DNA of 32,000 bases. Source: Thermodesulfobacterium commune DSM 2178. Lineage in GTDB: Bacteria; Desulfobacterota; Thermodesulfobacteria; Thermodesulfobacteriales; Thermodesulfobacteriaceae. The stretch spans positions 1,410,001 to 1,442,000 of the forward strand of contig NZ_CP008796.1 in assembly GCF_000734015.1 (NCBI RefSeq), read 5' to 3'. The notes beneath the pieces were generated by a model that made no database searches, was not told where the DNA came from, and saw only the letters and a list, made by a program, of their open reading frames with translations. Each line of letters begins with the position of its first letter. Within the stretch, counting starts at the first letter, position 1. A program made the position numbers and the translations under genes. Of this stretch, positions 1-9,382 are shown piece after piece.

Positions 1-57
1 CTGTATTCCCATGATAAACATCCAAACCAAAAACCCTACTAACCAACCTTTTTTCAT
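1..57 (-). CDS. partial CDS (first 19 codons, continues past the window edge): hydrophobic N-terminus, probable membrane or secreted protein
   Basis: ATG at 57-55 on the minus strand, 6 nt after a GGAGG (complement of 64-68). Translates MKKGWLVGFLVWMFIMGIQ. Lies directly downstream of the 71..844 ORF. Confidence 0.35.
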   Translation of the reverse strand, partial: MKKGWLVGFLVWMFIMGIQ

Positions 58-70
58 TTAAAACCTCCAA

Positions 71-844
71 TTATTTTATTTTAGTAAAAGGACCAAAAAA
101 GCCAGGACCAGCCACCCGTCCAGGGAAGACAAAAGAAGACTTGCCTAAAACAGTCCCTGGTTGTAAGACCGAATTACAACCTGTCTGGCAACCATCTCCT
201 AAAATTGCCCCGAACTTTCTAAGTCCTGTTTTTATGGTCTCCCCCTCTATGTTTAACACTATCTCTTTTTTGTTAAACTTTAGATTAGCCAGCTTGGTTC
301 CTGCCCCAAGGTTAACCTGCGCCCCGAGAATGCTATCTCCTACATAAGCAAAATGCGCAGCTTTAGATTGAGCTAAAAAGATAGAGTTTTTTACCTCGGT
401 GGTATGACCTACCACACAACCAGCCCCGGTATATACACTACCCCTTACATAAGCCCCTTGCCTAATCTCTGTGTTTTGCGAAAAATAGGCAGGACCCTCT
501 ATCATCGCAAAAGGCTCCACTTTTACCCCTTTTTCAAAGAAGATTTTCTCACTGCCTAAAAACGCTCCTGCCATAAGGATAGCCCCTTCTACCCTTTCCC
601 CTTTAAAATAATACCCTTCTTCTTCAAATTCCAGGTCTTTCAAAGGAATGACCTCTCCTTCTACAGTAAGCAATACAGTTTCTGGTAAAGGACATCTTAA
701 AGGAATCTTTTTAGGAATAGGAGGGACTATATCGTTTAAAAAGGTCTTTAGCTTTTTTAAGGCCTCCCAGGGAAATTGACCTTCAAAAAGAGACGCTACT
801 TTTTCTTTTTCCAAGCTTCCAAAAAAGTCTACTAATTTAATCAT
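71..844 (-). CDS. left-handed beta-helix (hexapeptide-repeat) transferase family protein
   Basis: The C-terminal two thirds show a repeated [LIV]-G-x4 periodicity (IRQGAYVRGSVYTGAGCVVGHTTEVKNSIF...VGDSILGAQVNLGAGTKL...GAILGDGCQTGCNSVLQPGTVLG), typical of GlmU/LpxA-like acyl/acetyltransferases. Confidence 0.6.
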   Translation of the reverse strand: MIKLVDFFGSLEKEKVASLFEGQFPWEALKKLKTFLNDIVPPIPKKIPLRCPLPETVLLTVEGEVIPLKDLEFEEEGYYFKGERVEGAILMAGAFLGSEKIFFEKGVKVEPFAMIEGPAYFSQNTEIRQGAYVRGSVYTGAGCVVGHTTEVKNSIFLAQSKAAHFAYVGDSILGAQVNLGAGTKLANLKFNKKEIVLNIEGETIKTGLRKFGAILGDGCQTGCNSVLQPGTVLGKSSFVFPGRVAGPGFFGPFTKIK

Positions 845-875
845 ATTAAAAATAATTATAAACCCAAAAAAAGAC

Positions 876-903
876 TTGTCAAAACAAAAAAATTGATTAA
901 AAT
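876..903 (+). promoter_or_regulatory. sigma70-like promoter for tRNA-Arg
   Basis: TTGTCA (876-881), 16-nt spacer, TAAAAT (898-903). The tRNA starts at 921. Confidence 0.4.
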
Positions 904-920
904 TTAAGTTGTACTTAACT

Positions 921-994
921 GCCCCTGTAGCTCAACAGGATAGAGCAGCGGCCTTCTAAGCCGTAGGTTGGGGGTTCGAGTCCCTCCGGGGGCG
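921..994 (+). tRNA. tRNA-Arg (anticodon UCU)
   Basis: Cloverleaf read by eye. Acceptor GCCCCTG/CGGGGGC, T-arm GGGGG-TTCGAGT-CCCTC, anticodon loop CTTCTAA. 74 nt with no encoded CCA, followed by a T-run. Confidence 0.9.
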
Positions 995-1134
995 CTTTTT
1001 TTATTTTAAAAAAATCTTTCAGTTTAAACTAAACAAAACCTAATCTATTTTCTACCAACGCCTTCATTCTATAAACGATTCCTCTTGACCTAAAAAATAT
1101 TGATATCTATCCTCTTTAACCCCCATATATGGCC

Positions 1135-1338
1135 TCAACCGATAAGCATAAGAAGGATAAGTTGAATATATTGCCAGGAGATGTAACCTCTGTTTGAACC
1201 AGGTAAAGGCATATGTTGGTCTATTAAGGTTTTTATTCCAGAGTTTTTGAGGAAGGCATCAACAAGAGCAAGTCCTGAACGAGGGGTGATAGGTTCGTTA
1301 GTTTTTAGGATTTTGAAGTTAAGAGAGTTTTGCGGCAT
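1135..1338 (-). pseudogene. IS1380-like transposase, N-terminal stub only
   Basis: The 67-aa ORF (…ITPRSGLALVDAFLKNSGIKTLIDQHMPLPGSNRGY…) resembles N-termini of IS1380/IS4-type DDE transposases. About 48 nt (1166-1213) recur with 5 mismatches at 18986-19033, and homology to that copy is lost after about codon 56. Confidence 0.5.
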
Positions 1339-1387
1339 AATGACATCCTCTTAGGTTTAGGAATTTTTCACCTGATAGGTGATAGAT

Positions 1388-1414
1388 CGTTTAGACAGAA
1401 AGCGTTTAGACAGA
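1388..1414. repeat. tandem direct repeat CGTTTAGACAGA x2 (3-nt spacer), next to palindrome CACCT-GAT-AGGTG (1369-1381)
   Basis: Exact 12-mers at 1388-1399 and 1403-1414. They lie just upstream of the transposase stub, so they may be subterminal IS sequence. Confidence 0.6.
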
Positions 1415-1480
1415 TTGAAAAATGGGAAAACATGAATGAATATTAAATTTCTATTGGCAAAATAGGGTAACCCTAAGTTA

Positions 1481-1508
1481 TTGACATAAAACCAGGCTGT
1501 GGTAAAAA
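1481..1508 (+). promoter_or_regulatory. sigma70-like promoter for the riboswitch-metE transcript
   Basis: TTGACA (1481-1486), 16-nt spacer, TAAAAA (1503-1508). Confidence 0.4.
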
Positions 1509-1520
1509 GTTAGGGAGAGC

Positions 1521-1767
1521 AGGCTGGATGTAAGGGAAGAGGGGTGAAAATCCCCCGCTGCCCCGCAGCCGTGACCGGGGACGAAAGCCGCTTGGAGGTC
1601 TACCTGACCTCTGGGGAAGGAGGTCCCGAGTAAGGATTCCCTAAAAGGAGGCTTCCTTCCTTGGGCTAAAGGCCAACAGCCTTTAGCCGACAGACCACTG
1701 GTGCCGAAAGGCACTGGGAAGGTGCGGCAAGTAGGTTGATCCGGAAGCCGGAAGACCTATCCAGCCT
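1521..1767 (+). promoter_or_regulatory. cobalamin (B12) riboswitch aptamer
   Basis: P1 helix: AGGCTGGA (1521-1528) pairs with TCCAGCCT (1760-1767). Conserved core AAGGGAAGAGGGGTGAAAATCCCCCGCTGCCCCGCAGCCGTGA. CCACTGG-GTGCC-GAAA-GGCAC-TGGGAAGG element. B12-box-like AGCCGGAAGACC (1746-1757). Sits upstream of metE, the classic regulated gene. Confidence 0.8.
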
Positions 1768-1891
1768 CTAAAAACCTCGAGGGGGGTATATCTATGACTA
1801 AAACACCACCTTAAAATCATTTTATTTCCGTTCATCTTTATCTATCCAGATTTTTAAATCTCTAAACACCAAAATTGCAGGAGGGATGATT

Positions 1892-4147
1892 ATGCAAACT
1901 TTGGCTTATGGTTTTCCCAAGTTAGGGAAAAAAAGGGAATTTAAGCAATTGCTTGAAAACTTTTGGAAAGGAACCCTTGAAGAAGAGGCTTTTTACGAAG
2001 GAATTAACAACCTAAAATTAGAAAGAGCTAAAATTTATCAAAAAAACGTGGACCTTTTCCCTTCCAACGAACTTTCTCTATACGACTTTATCCTCGATAC
2101 TGCCATAATGGTGGGTGCTATTCCAGGTAGATTTCAACCTTATCAGGGTCTTAAAACTTATTTTGAAATGGCTAAAGGTAAACAAGCCCTTGAGCTTACC
2201 AAATGGTTTAACACCAACTATCATTATCTTGTCCCAGAGATAGAAACCAAAGATTTTTCCCTTTTTGAAAACTTTCCGCTTAAAGACTTTCTTTTTTATC
2301 AGAATTTTGGGGTTAACACCCTCCCTAAGTTAGTAGGTCCCTTTACCTTTCTAAAATTAGCCAAACTGGTTAAAACTTCTTCAGAAGGGATAACCGTAGA
2401 AAAAATCACCGATTCCAAGGTTTTTGAAGAAATTTTAAAACATCTTGTCCCGGTTTATCAAGAAATCCTTAAGACTCTTAAGGAGGTTGAACCCCAAGCT
2501 GTTTTGATTGAAGAGCCAGCGTTAGTGATGGATTTGGAACCTTGGGAATGGAAGTTGGTTAAAAAGGTTTACGAAAAGCTTTCAGGTTTTACAGACCTCT
2601 GGGTCTTAACCTACTATGACAGTGTTTCTGATTACCAGGCTTTTATAGATTTACCGGTTAAAGGGTTAGGTTTGGACCTGGTGTCTAATGCAGAAAACTT
2701 TAACAACCTAAAACAACTTGGGTTCCCAGAGGACAAGATACTTATAGCTGGTATCATCAACGGAAGGCAGGTCTGGAGGGCTAATTTAGAGGCTAAACTT
2801 AGAGAAATAGAATTTCTCTTGAAGATCAATCAAAATTTAGTGATAACCAATTCATGTCCGCTGTTTCATCTCCCGGTTTCTTTAGAAGGAGAAGACCTCC
2901 TACCTATAGAACTTAAAAATAAACTCGCCTTTGCTGAAGAAAAATTAACAGAGTTAGACCTTTTAAAAAGAGGTTTAGAAGGAGACTTAGAAGCCTTAGG
3001 TTTGATAGCTGAGTCTAAAGACAAACTACAGGTCTCTTTTGGTCAAAACGAAGAGGTAAAAGCTAGAATTTCTAATCTTACAGAACAAGACTTTATCCGA
3101 GACCTTCCCTATCAGGAAAGGATAAAACTTCAACAACAACGCCTTAACCTTCCTATTTTCCCCACAACTACCATAGGGTCTTTTCCTCAAACAGAAGAAG
3201 TAAGGAGGATGCGTGCTAAGTTTAACAAAAGAGAAATAAGCCTCGATGAGTATAAAGATTTTATCCGGCAAAAAATAGCCGAGGTTATTAAACTACAGGA
3301 AGAGCTTGGGCTTGACGTTTTGGTCCATGGAGAGTTTGAAAGAACTGACATGGTAGAATTTTTTGCCCAAAAATTAGAAGGGATTGCTACTACTAAGGAA
3401 GGATGGGTACTTTCCTATGGGTCAAGGGTTTATCGTCCTCCTATTATCTATGGAGATGTGTGGCGAAAAGAGCCTATGACGTTAGAAGAAATTACCTATG
3501 CTCAGAGTCTTACCCAAAAACCGGTAAAAGGAATGCTTACTGGTCCGGTTACCATCTTAAACTGGAGTTACTACCGTGAAGACCTCCCTAAAGAGCAGAT
3601 AGCCTATCAAATAGCCCTTGCCTTGTTTGACGAGGTTAAAGACTTAGAAAAGGCTGGGATTAAAATTATCCAGATAGACGAACCAGCCTTTAGAGAAGGA
3701 GCTCCTATTAAAAGAAAAGACTGGGATAGCTACTTTACCTGGGCGGTAAAGGCCTTTAGACTTTGCGCTAAGGCCCTTCCAGAAACTCAAATCCATACCC
3801 ATATGTGCTATTCAGAGTTTAACGAAATCATCTCCTACATCGCTGCAATGGATTTTGACGTCATTTCTATAGAAGCCTCAAGAAGCAAAGGAGAAATTAT
3901 CGAGGCCTTTGAAACCTTCTCAGGTTGGGATAGACAAGTAGGCCTTGGGGTTTATGACATCCATTCCCCAGCCATACCAGATAAAGAAGAAATGAAAGCA
4001 ATCGTCAAAAGAGCCTTAAAAATCCTTCCCAAAGAACTCTTATGGATAAACCCAGACTGTGGTCTAAAAACCAGAAAATGGGAAGAGGTCATACCTGCCC
4101 TCAAAAACATGGTAGAGGTAGCCCAAGAACTAAGACAAGAAGTTTGA
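1892..4147 (+). CDS. metE: cobalamin-independent methionine synthase (5-methyltetrahydropteroyltriglutamate-homocysteine S-methyltransferase)
   Basis: Full-length two-domain MetE pattern ([12 protein letters not shown]…, C-terminal …IQIDEPA…HTHMCYSEF…[11 protein letters not shown]). The start is moved to the ATG at 1892 because GGAGGG (1879-1884) abuts the ATG at 1886. Confidence 0.9.
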   Translation: MQTLAYGFPKLGKKREFKQLLENFWKGTLEEEAFYEGINNLKLERAKIYQKNVDLFPSNELSLYDFILDTAIMVGAIPGRFQPYQGLKTYFEMAKGKQALELTKWFNTNYHYLVPEIETKDFSLFENFPLKDFLFYQNFGVNTLPKLVGPFTFLKLAKLVKTSSEGITVEKITDSKVFEEILKHLVPVYQEILKTLKEVEPQAVLIEEPALVMDLEPWEWKLVKKVYEKLSGFTDLWVLTYYDSVSDYQAFIDLPVKGLGLDLVSNAENFNNLKQLGFPEDKILIAGIINGRQVWRANLEAKLREIEFLLKINQNLVITNSCPLFHLPVSLEGEDLLPIELKNKLAFAEEKLTELDLLKRGLEGDLEALGLIAESKDKLQVSFGQNEEVKARISNLTEQDFIRDLPYQERIKLQQQRLNLPIFPTTTIGSFPQTEEVRRMRAKFNKREISLDEYKDFIRQKIAEVIKLQEELGLDVLVHGEFERTDMVEFFAQKLEGIATTKEGWVLSYGSRVYRPPIIYGDVWRKEPMTLEEITYAQSLTQKPVKGMLTGPVTILNWSYYREDLPKEQIAYQIALALFDEVKDLEKAGIKIIQIDEPAFREGAPIKRKDWDSYFTWAVKAFRLCAKALPETQIHTHMCYSEFNEIISYIAAMDFDVISIEASRSKGEIIEAFETFSGWDRQVGLGVYDIHSPAIPDKEEMKAIVKRALKILPKELLWINPDCGLKTRKWEEVIPALKNMVEVAQELRQEV

Positions 4148-4178
4148 TTTTAGGGTTTTTGTGGTATGATAAAAATTA

Positions 4179-5924
4179 ATGCGGGTAGCCGTTCACATAA
4201 CCCATGAAGCCTTGTATAAAATAGGGGGGATAGGAGAGGTAATAAACAACCTGTGCACCTCTCCTTCCTACCTATCATACTTTGACAAAACCCTTCTCTA
4301 CGGTCCTCTTTTCGAATATCTGGGTTCTCCAAGCAGTCGTTTGGGAAAAGATGGAATAGTTTTTTATAGTAGCAAAGATAACTACGATACAGGACATTTT
4401 GGAATATACTTTAATCCTATTTTAGAAAAATATAACATAGATGTAGTTTATGGGAAAAGAAGGGTGGTTAATGAGCTAAACCCTAAAAATAAAGCCACAG
4501 TAGACATACTTCTTGTAGATATAACTCATATAAAAAAAGAAATTGTCAACTTCTATAAGTACCTCTTCTGGGAAAAATTTGGTTTGGCTTCAGACCGTTA
4601 TGAAGCAGACTGGGATTATGAGCAATATTTCAGGATTGGTCTGCCTTTTTTAGATTTAATAAACCTGCTTTTTCCCTCAGCTAAAGAATTAGTGTTTTTT
4701 GGACATGAATACATGGGTATGCCAGCCCTTTTAAGTTTAGAGCTTCATCCTGATTATCATCCTCAAAAACACAAAAGGATTTTTTATGCTCACGAGGTAG
4801 CACCAGTAAGAAGGTTGGTAGAAAACTTAGGTGGGGGGGATATAAGTTTTTATAACATCCTTAAAAAAGCTAAAGAAGAAAATCTTTCTTTAGAAGATGT
4901 CTTTGGGCCTCAAGATGACTGGTATAGAACCCCTTTGGTTAAACTTGCACAAAGGGTTGACTCCGTGTTTGCGGTTGGCGATTGGGTGGTAGAAGAATAT
5001 CTTTTTTTATGCCCAGAAACAGAAAAACAAAAAGTAAAATTAGTCTATAATGGAGTTTCTTCAGACCACATAGATTTTGACAGAAAAGAAATATCTAAAG
5101 AAAAGATAGGTAAATGGCTTAGTTGTTATTATGGTTTTGTCCCTGACATTTTGATTACTCATGTTTGCCGTTTAGTTAAGAGTAAAGGTATCTGGAGAGA
5201 CCTTATCCTTCTAAACTACTTAGACGAACTTTTTGTTAAACATAACCTTAAAGGGGTTTACATCTTACTTTCTTCTTTAGTAGCTCAGGGGAGGCCTCCT
5301 CATGAAGTAGAAAAAATGGTAAAATCTTATCCTTGGCCGTTTGAACACCGAGAAGGATGGCCTGACCTTATCGGATACGAAATAGAGGTTTACCGCTGGG
5401 TAGAAACTTTTAATAAAACCTCTAAAAACTTAAAAGCCCTTTTTATCAACCAGGTAGGTTTTTCTAACTATAAATGTCCTTTTATGGAAAAGGAGGACTT
5501 AGAAACGATAGACTTGAGGCTTGCTTCTGACCTTGAGCTGGGAATGTCTATCTATGAACCTTTTGGTATAGCCCACATCGAGGTACTTCCTTTTGGTGGA
5601 CTTGCTGTTCCTTCTACCTCTTGTGGGGTGTATTTCTTTCTTGAAAAAACCTTTGAAAAAGATTTCAAACCCTTTTATGGAGTTGATTTTATTTCGGTAG
5701 GAGAAAAATTTAGTTTATCCAAACTAAAAAACTTGACTGCTGAGCAAAGAATTGGTTTAGAAGAATTTGTTTTGGCAAGCAAAGCAGAAGAAATTTTTGC
5801 TAAAATACCTAAAACACGGCAAGAAAGAGAAATCCTTGCCAAAAAAGCCGAAGAATACAAAAATAAACTCAGCTGGGAAAGAATAGTAAAGGAGTTTTTA
5901 TTAGAAAATCTAAAAACCTTGTAG
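4179..5924 (+). CDS. GT-B glycosyltransferase resembling GT3 (animal/fungal-type) glycogen synthase
   Basis: N-terminal [14 protein letters not shown] (compare EVANKVGGIYTV), [11 protein letters not shown] (compare HFHEWLAG), [13 protein letters not shown] (compare IFTTHATLLGRYL), and C-terminal [27 protein letters not shown] (compare [27 protein letters not shown]). The comparison is from memory. Confidence 0.55.
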   Translation: MRVAVHITHEALYKIGGIGEVINNLCTSPSYLSYFDKTLLYGPLFEYLGSPSSRLGKDGIVFYSSKDNYDTGHFGIYFNPILEKYNIDVVYGKRRVVNELNPKNKATVDILLVDITHIKKEIVNFYKYLFWEKFGLASDRYEADWDYEQYFRIGLPFLDLINLLFPSAKELVFFGHEYMGMPALLSLELHPDYHPQKHKRIFYAHEVAPVRRLVENLGGGDISFYNILKKAKEENLSLEDVFGPQDDWYRTPLVKLAQRVDSVFAVGDWVVEEYLFLCPETEKQKVKLVYNGVSSDHIDFDRKEISKEKIGKWLSCYYGFVPDILITHVCRLVKSKGIWRDLILLNYLDELFVKHNLKGVYILLSSLVAQGRPPHEVEKMVKSYPWPFEHREGWPDLIGYEIEVYRWVETFNKTSKNLKALFINQVGFSNYKCPFMEKEDLETIDLRLASDLELGMSIYEPFGIAHIEVLPFGGLAVPSTSCGVYFFLEKTFEKDFKPFYGVDFISVGEKFSLSKLKNLTAEQRIGLEEFVLASKAEEIFAKIPKTRQEREILAKKAEEYKNKLSWERIVKEFLLENLKTL

Positions 5925-5937
5925 AATCGGAGGAAAT

Positions 5938-6594
5938 ATGGTTTTAATAGCACCTTCTATCTTGTCGGCAGATTTTAAAAGACTGGGAGAAGAGGTAAGG
6001 CTTGCAGAGGAAGCAGGGGCAGACTTTATCCATGTAGATGTTATGGACGGTCAGTTTGTACCCAACATTACCATAGGCCCCTTGGTAGTAGAAGCTGTTA
6101 AAAACTCTACTAACCTTCCTCTTGACGTACACTTGATGATTGTGTCTCCTGAACGCTATGTGAGTGATTTTGTAAAGGCGGGGGCAGACTATCTGGTAGT
6201 TCATGTTGAGGCCTCTATACACCTTCATCGCACGGTATGGCAAATTAAAGAGGCAGGGGCTAAGGCTGGAGTAGCGCTAAACCCTGCAACGCCTCTTTCT
6301 CTGATAGAAGACCTCTTAGAAGATTTAGATCTACTGCTTATCATGTCGGTAAACCCGGGGTTTGGAGGACAAAAGTTTATTTCTTTTTGCCTGGAAAAAA
6401 TAAAAAAGGCTAAAACTCTCATAAAAGAAAAAGGGCTAAATACTCTATTAGAGGTTGACGGAGGAGTAAAACTTGAAAACGCAAAAGAGATTGCTGACGC
6501 CGGGGCAGATATATTAGTCATGGGGTCAGCCTTTTTTGGGGCTAAAGACTATAAAAGCTTTATGAAAGCCCTTAGAACTGAGCTCTCTAAATAG
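5938..6594 (+). CDS. rpe: ribulose-phosphate 3-epimerase
   Basis: [10 protein letters not shown]…[17 protein letters not shown]…HLM…[13 protein letters not shown]…VDGG. GGAGG lies 6 nt upstream of the ATG. Confidence 0.9.
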   Translation: MVLIAPSILSADFKRLGEEVRLAEEAGADFIHVDVMDGQFVPNITIGPLVVEAVKNSTNLPLDVHLMIVSPERYVSDFVKAGADYLVVHVEASIHLHRTVWQIKEAGAKAGVALNPATPLSLIEDLLEDLDLLLIMSVNPGFGGQKFISFCLEKIKKAKTLIKEKGLNTLLEVDGGVKLENAKEIADAGADILVMGSAFFGAKDYKSFMKALRTELSK

Positions 6595-6610
6595 AGATTT
6601 TTATGAGGCC

Positions 6611-7411
6611 CTAAGGCATAAGGTAAAGAACCGGGTTATAGGTTTTTTCCCAATTTTTATAAAATTCTTGATGGATGGTGCTTATGATTTCATTATATTT
6701 CTCTGTAGAAAGTTTAGCCCCTTTAATTCCACCTTTAAGGTTGATCTCAGAAAGATAGGGTCCCTCTTCATCTATATAAATAAGGTCAAGGTGAGCATAT
6801 GGAAATTTTCCTCTTTCCATCACTTTATGACAAAAAGAGACCTCCTCATCAGAAAGTTGATAAGGGACTGCAATACCACCCCAAAAAATGTTTTTTCTAA
6901 AATTAAGTTCATTCTTTCTTTCATAGGCTTCTACGTAAAAATTTCCCAAAATAATCACCCGGATGTCTCGGATGTTAGGGAAAAAGGGTTGTAAAACAAA
7001 AGGGAAAGGTAAAACCTGAGTGCCTGCTACGTTAAAAATCTCTTCCAAAGAATTCCACAGTTTTACTCCTAAACCACAGTTTGCCTGATCGTCTTTGGTG
7101 ATAAACTTGGTAAACCCTTCCTCGCGAGAAAGTTTAGCTAAGCTGGCAAGAAGAGAAGTTTTATCCCTGATTACAAAAGTAAAAGGTGGCATGAACTCTC
7201 TTAAAACCTCAGCCTGAAGGGTTTTAGAACTGCATAAAAGCTGACTTAAAAAAGACGGAAAAGCCTCTACTTTTCGGTATATGAGGTCTACAACAAGCCC
7301 GTGTTCTTCCCTTTTTAAAGGTAGTCTTATCCCAACAAGGTCTCCTTCTTTTAGTTCAGAAAAATGTTTTCTAAAGGCTTGAAAGCTTAAAATAATATAA
7401 TAGGGACGCAT
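6611..7411 (-). CDS. ATP-grasp family ligase (RimK/GshB-like, short form)
   Basis: FITKDDQANCGLGVKLW, LQPFFPNIRDIRVIILG, RKNIFWGGIAVPY and AHLDLIYIDEEGPYLSEINLKGG match the ATP-grasp nucleotide-binding and Mg-binding layout. Confidence 0.6.
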   Translation of the reverse strand: MRPYYIILSFQAFRKHFSELKEGDLVGIRLPLKREEHGLVVDLIYRKVEAFPSFLSQLLCSSKTLQAEVLREFMPPFTFVIRDKTSLLASLAKLSREEGFTKFITKDDQANCGLGVKLWNSLEEIFNVAGTQVLPFPFVLQPFFPNIRDIRVIILGNFYVEAYERKNELNFRKNIFWGGIAVPYQLSDEEVSFCHKVMERGKFPYAHLDLIYIDEEGPYLSEINLKGGIKGAKLSTEKYNEIISTIHQEFYKNWEKTYNPVLYLMP

Positions 7412-7416
7412 AAATC

Positions 7417-7689
7417 TTATTTATTTCTCATTTGGGTTAATTCGGTATTACAGTTAGCACAGAAAAACTTAACCGGGCCTAATACCTCAATTTCTTCTTC
7501 TATCGCCTCTAAACTTCCGTCTTCGTTTTGCAGGTAATAAATAAAGATGGTTGCGTTTTCAATCACCTCATAGAAATCTTCACTGTTTTGACAGTTAGGG
7601 CAAACTATTTTTTCCCTGTATAAAATCTTAAACGGCTTTTTAATCTTGATACTGTGCTTTCTGATAGAAGAAAAATTTTCTGCCATCAA
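7417..7689 (-). CDS. small zinc-ribbon protein, function unknown
   Basis: Two CxxC pairs (CPNC … CANC) flank an acidic beta-rich core. Gaps of 5 bp and 8 bp to the neighbouring genes imply one operon. Confidence 0.5.
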   Translation of the reverse strand: MMAENFSSIRKHSIKIKKPFKILYREKIVCPNCQNSEDFYEVIENATIFIYYLQNEDGSLEAIEEEIEVLGPVKFFCANCNTELTQMRNK

Positions 7690-7697
7690 CCACCCTC

Positions 7698-9134
7698 TTA
7701 CTTTTTGTTTTTTATTTGTGCTATATTTTTCTCAGCCTCTAAATACATTTTATCTGTTTTAGATAAAAAAGAAAGGGCTTTTTCGTAGTGATAAAGGGCT
7801 GGTTTTAGATCCCCTTTAAGCTGGTAATGTTTACCAAAATAAAAATGGGCCTCTCCCATCTTGTTAAGTTGAGAGGCAACCTTACCCAAGTTATAAAAAA
7901 AGTATGGGTCATAACTAAGGGCCTGTAGGTTTAAAAGTTTTTGCATAATACCATAAGCCTGTTGAGGATCCCCTGTTTCTGTTAAGGCTAAAGCTCTTAG
8001 ATACTCTAACTTTGTAAGATATATCCCTTCATATAGTTTAGAAGAGGTAGAAGGAGAAATTTGGTTTAAAACCTCTAAGGCTTGCTCAGGTTCTCCTGAG
8101 GCTAAATATATTTCGGCTAAGTCTAAAAGAAAATAGATTTTAAAAGGAAGCTCCTGCAGGGCTTTAACCAGCTCAACCAGGGCCTCTTTAAAATATCTTT
8201 GTTCCTTTAGCGCCAAAGCTAAGGTGTATCTTATCCAGGGGGCGTTCTTTTCTTTGAGGACTGCCCTCAAGTTGGTTATCCAAGATGCCAGGTCTTTCTT
8301 TTTAGAAAGAACCTGAGCTCTGATAACCAGTCTTTTAAAATAATCTGGATCTTGGGCAACCAAAGACCTAGGAGATTGATCAGAGGTATACCTCTCAGCA
8401 AGGCTGATAAGATAGGCCACTCTTTCTTGAGGCAACGGGTGGGTTAAAAGATATTTATACTCAAGCTCTATGGCTAAGTTACCTTGTTTAGAAAGTCTTT
8501 CCATAACCGTTGCCATACCCCAGGGATTATAGTTAGCTTTGGTTATGATTTGAAAACCGGTTCTATCAGCCTCTTCTTCGTCAGCCCGACTGTAGGCAAG
8601 AAGTTTGGTTTGAGCGATAGCCGCTGAGGCTATGTTTAGAGCTGCGGCTTTTTCACCTCCAAGAAGTAGGCCTGCTAACGTGGCTGCCGTAACTAATACT
8701 TGCATTTTTTTTATGTCTTCGATCCTTCTTGCGATATGCCGACATAGGTTATGAGCCATTTCGTGTGCCATAATCCCGGCAAGTTCGTCTTCAGACTCGA
8801 TGCTGTTAAAAATACCAGAGTTGATAAAAATATATCCTCCAGGCACAGAAAAGGCATTAAAACTGGAATCATTGATTAGAAAAAACTTGAATTCAAACGG
8901 AGAAAAGGTTACACCTTGTTTTTTAAGAACCTCTCCTATGGTGTTGATGTAGAGGTTTAACTCTAAATCATCTATAAACTCGACTTCTTTGACAAGCTCA
9001 GCCAAAACCTCTTTACCGATTTTTTCTTCCTCTTCTAAGGAAATAAGGGCTTGAGCTATCTGCGGAGGAAACACCAGAAGAAAAATTAAAAATAAACTTA
9101 GAAGATGCAGTTTTGTCTTAAAGAAAAAAGACAT
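7698..9134 (-). CDS. M48-family Zn metalloprotease with C-terminal TPR repeats (BepA/YfgC-like), secreted
   Basis: Hydrophobic signal-like N-terminus, HEMAH motif (GIMAHEMAHNLCRH), downstream E (…EEEADRTG), then TPR-like helices (…AEIYLASGEPEQALEVL…). Confidence 0.8.
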   Translation of the reverse strand: MSFFFKTKLHLLSLFLIFLLVFPPQIAQALISLEEEEKIGKEVLAELVKEVEFIDDLELNLYINTIGEVLKKQGVTFSPFEFKFFLINDSSFNAFSVPGGYIFINSGIFNSIESEDELAGIMAHEMAHNLCRHIARRIEDIKKMQVLVTAATLAGLLLGGEKAAALNIASAAIAQTKLLAYSRADEEEADRTGFQIITKANYNPWGMATVMERLSKQGNLAIELEYKYLLTHPLPQERVAYLISLAERYTSDQSPRSLVAQDPDYFKRLVIRAQVLSKKKDLASWITNLRAVLKEKNAPWIRYTLALALKEQRYFKEALVELVKALQELPFKIYFLLDLAEIYLASGEPEQALEVLNQISPSTSSKLYEGIYLTKLEYLRALALTETGDPQQAYGIMQKLLNLQALSYDPYFFYNLGKVASQLNKMGEAHFYFGKHYQLKGDLKPALYHYEKALSFLSKTDKMYLEAEKNIAQIKNKK

Positions 9135-9154
9135 TTTATTTTATAAAGGTTCTT

Positions 9155-9247
9155 TGGCGGAGGCGTATGGGAATTGAACCCACCCACCCCTTTTGGGGGC
9201 GCACCGGGTTTGAAGCCCGGGAGAGGCACCAGCCTCCTCACGCCTCC
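9155..9247 (-). tRNA. selC: tRNA-Sec (anticodon UCA), encoded CCA
   Basis: Reverse complement is GGAGGCGT-GA-GGAGGC-TGGT-GCCTCT-C-CCGGG-CTTCAAA-CCCGG-long variable arm-GTGGG-TTCAATT-CCCAT-ACGCCTCC-G-CCA. It has an 8-bp acceptor stem, a 6-bp D-stem with a 4-nt loop, a UCA anticodon and a long extra arm, which are the hallmarks of bacterial tRNA-Sec. Confidence 0.9.
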
Positions 9248-9265
9248 TTATTTTAATTCAAAAAA

Positions 9266-9367
9266 GGGGCTATTGGGGACCTGCGGCACCCGGAGAGCCT
9301 GGCTACCGTTGCTCCCTTTCGGGCCTGGCGGGGTTCACCAGGATCCGTCGCACAGGCCCCAATAGCC
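9266..9367 (-). ncRNA. ffs: signal recognition particle RNA (small bacterial 4.5S type)
   Basis: On the minus strand, a long terminal helix GGCTATTGGGGCC…GGTCCCCAATAGCC encloses CCTGGTGAACCCCGCCAGGCCCGAAAGGGAGCAACGG. That matches the conserved domain IV motif (CAGG.CCGGAAGG.AGCA). Confidence 0.8.
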
Positions 9368-9382
9368 TTAGATTAAAATATA

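Noticed and set aside
921-1480. Integrated element at tRNA-Arg (and likewise at selC)
   Set aside because: No integrase gene is present, and I could not spot a direct repeat of either tRNA 3' end elsewhere in the window. Only a transposase stub is present.
1478-1714. 78-aa minus-strand ORF
   Set aside because: It lies entirely inside the GC-rich cobalamin riboswitch. It has Gly/Pro/Ser-rich low-complexity composition and no RBS, so it is an artefact of structured RNA.
9174-9365. 63-aa plus-strand ORF
   Set aside because: It is antisense to tRNA-Sec and SRP RNA. The open frame is explained by the GC-rich RNA genes.
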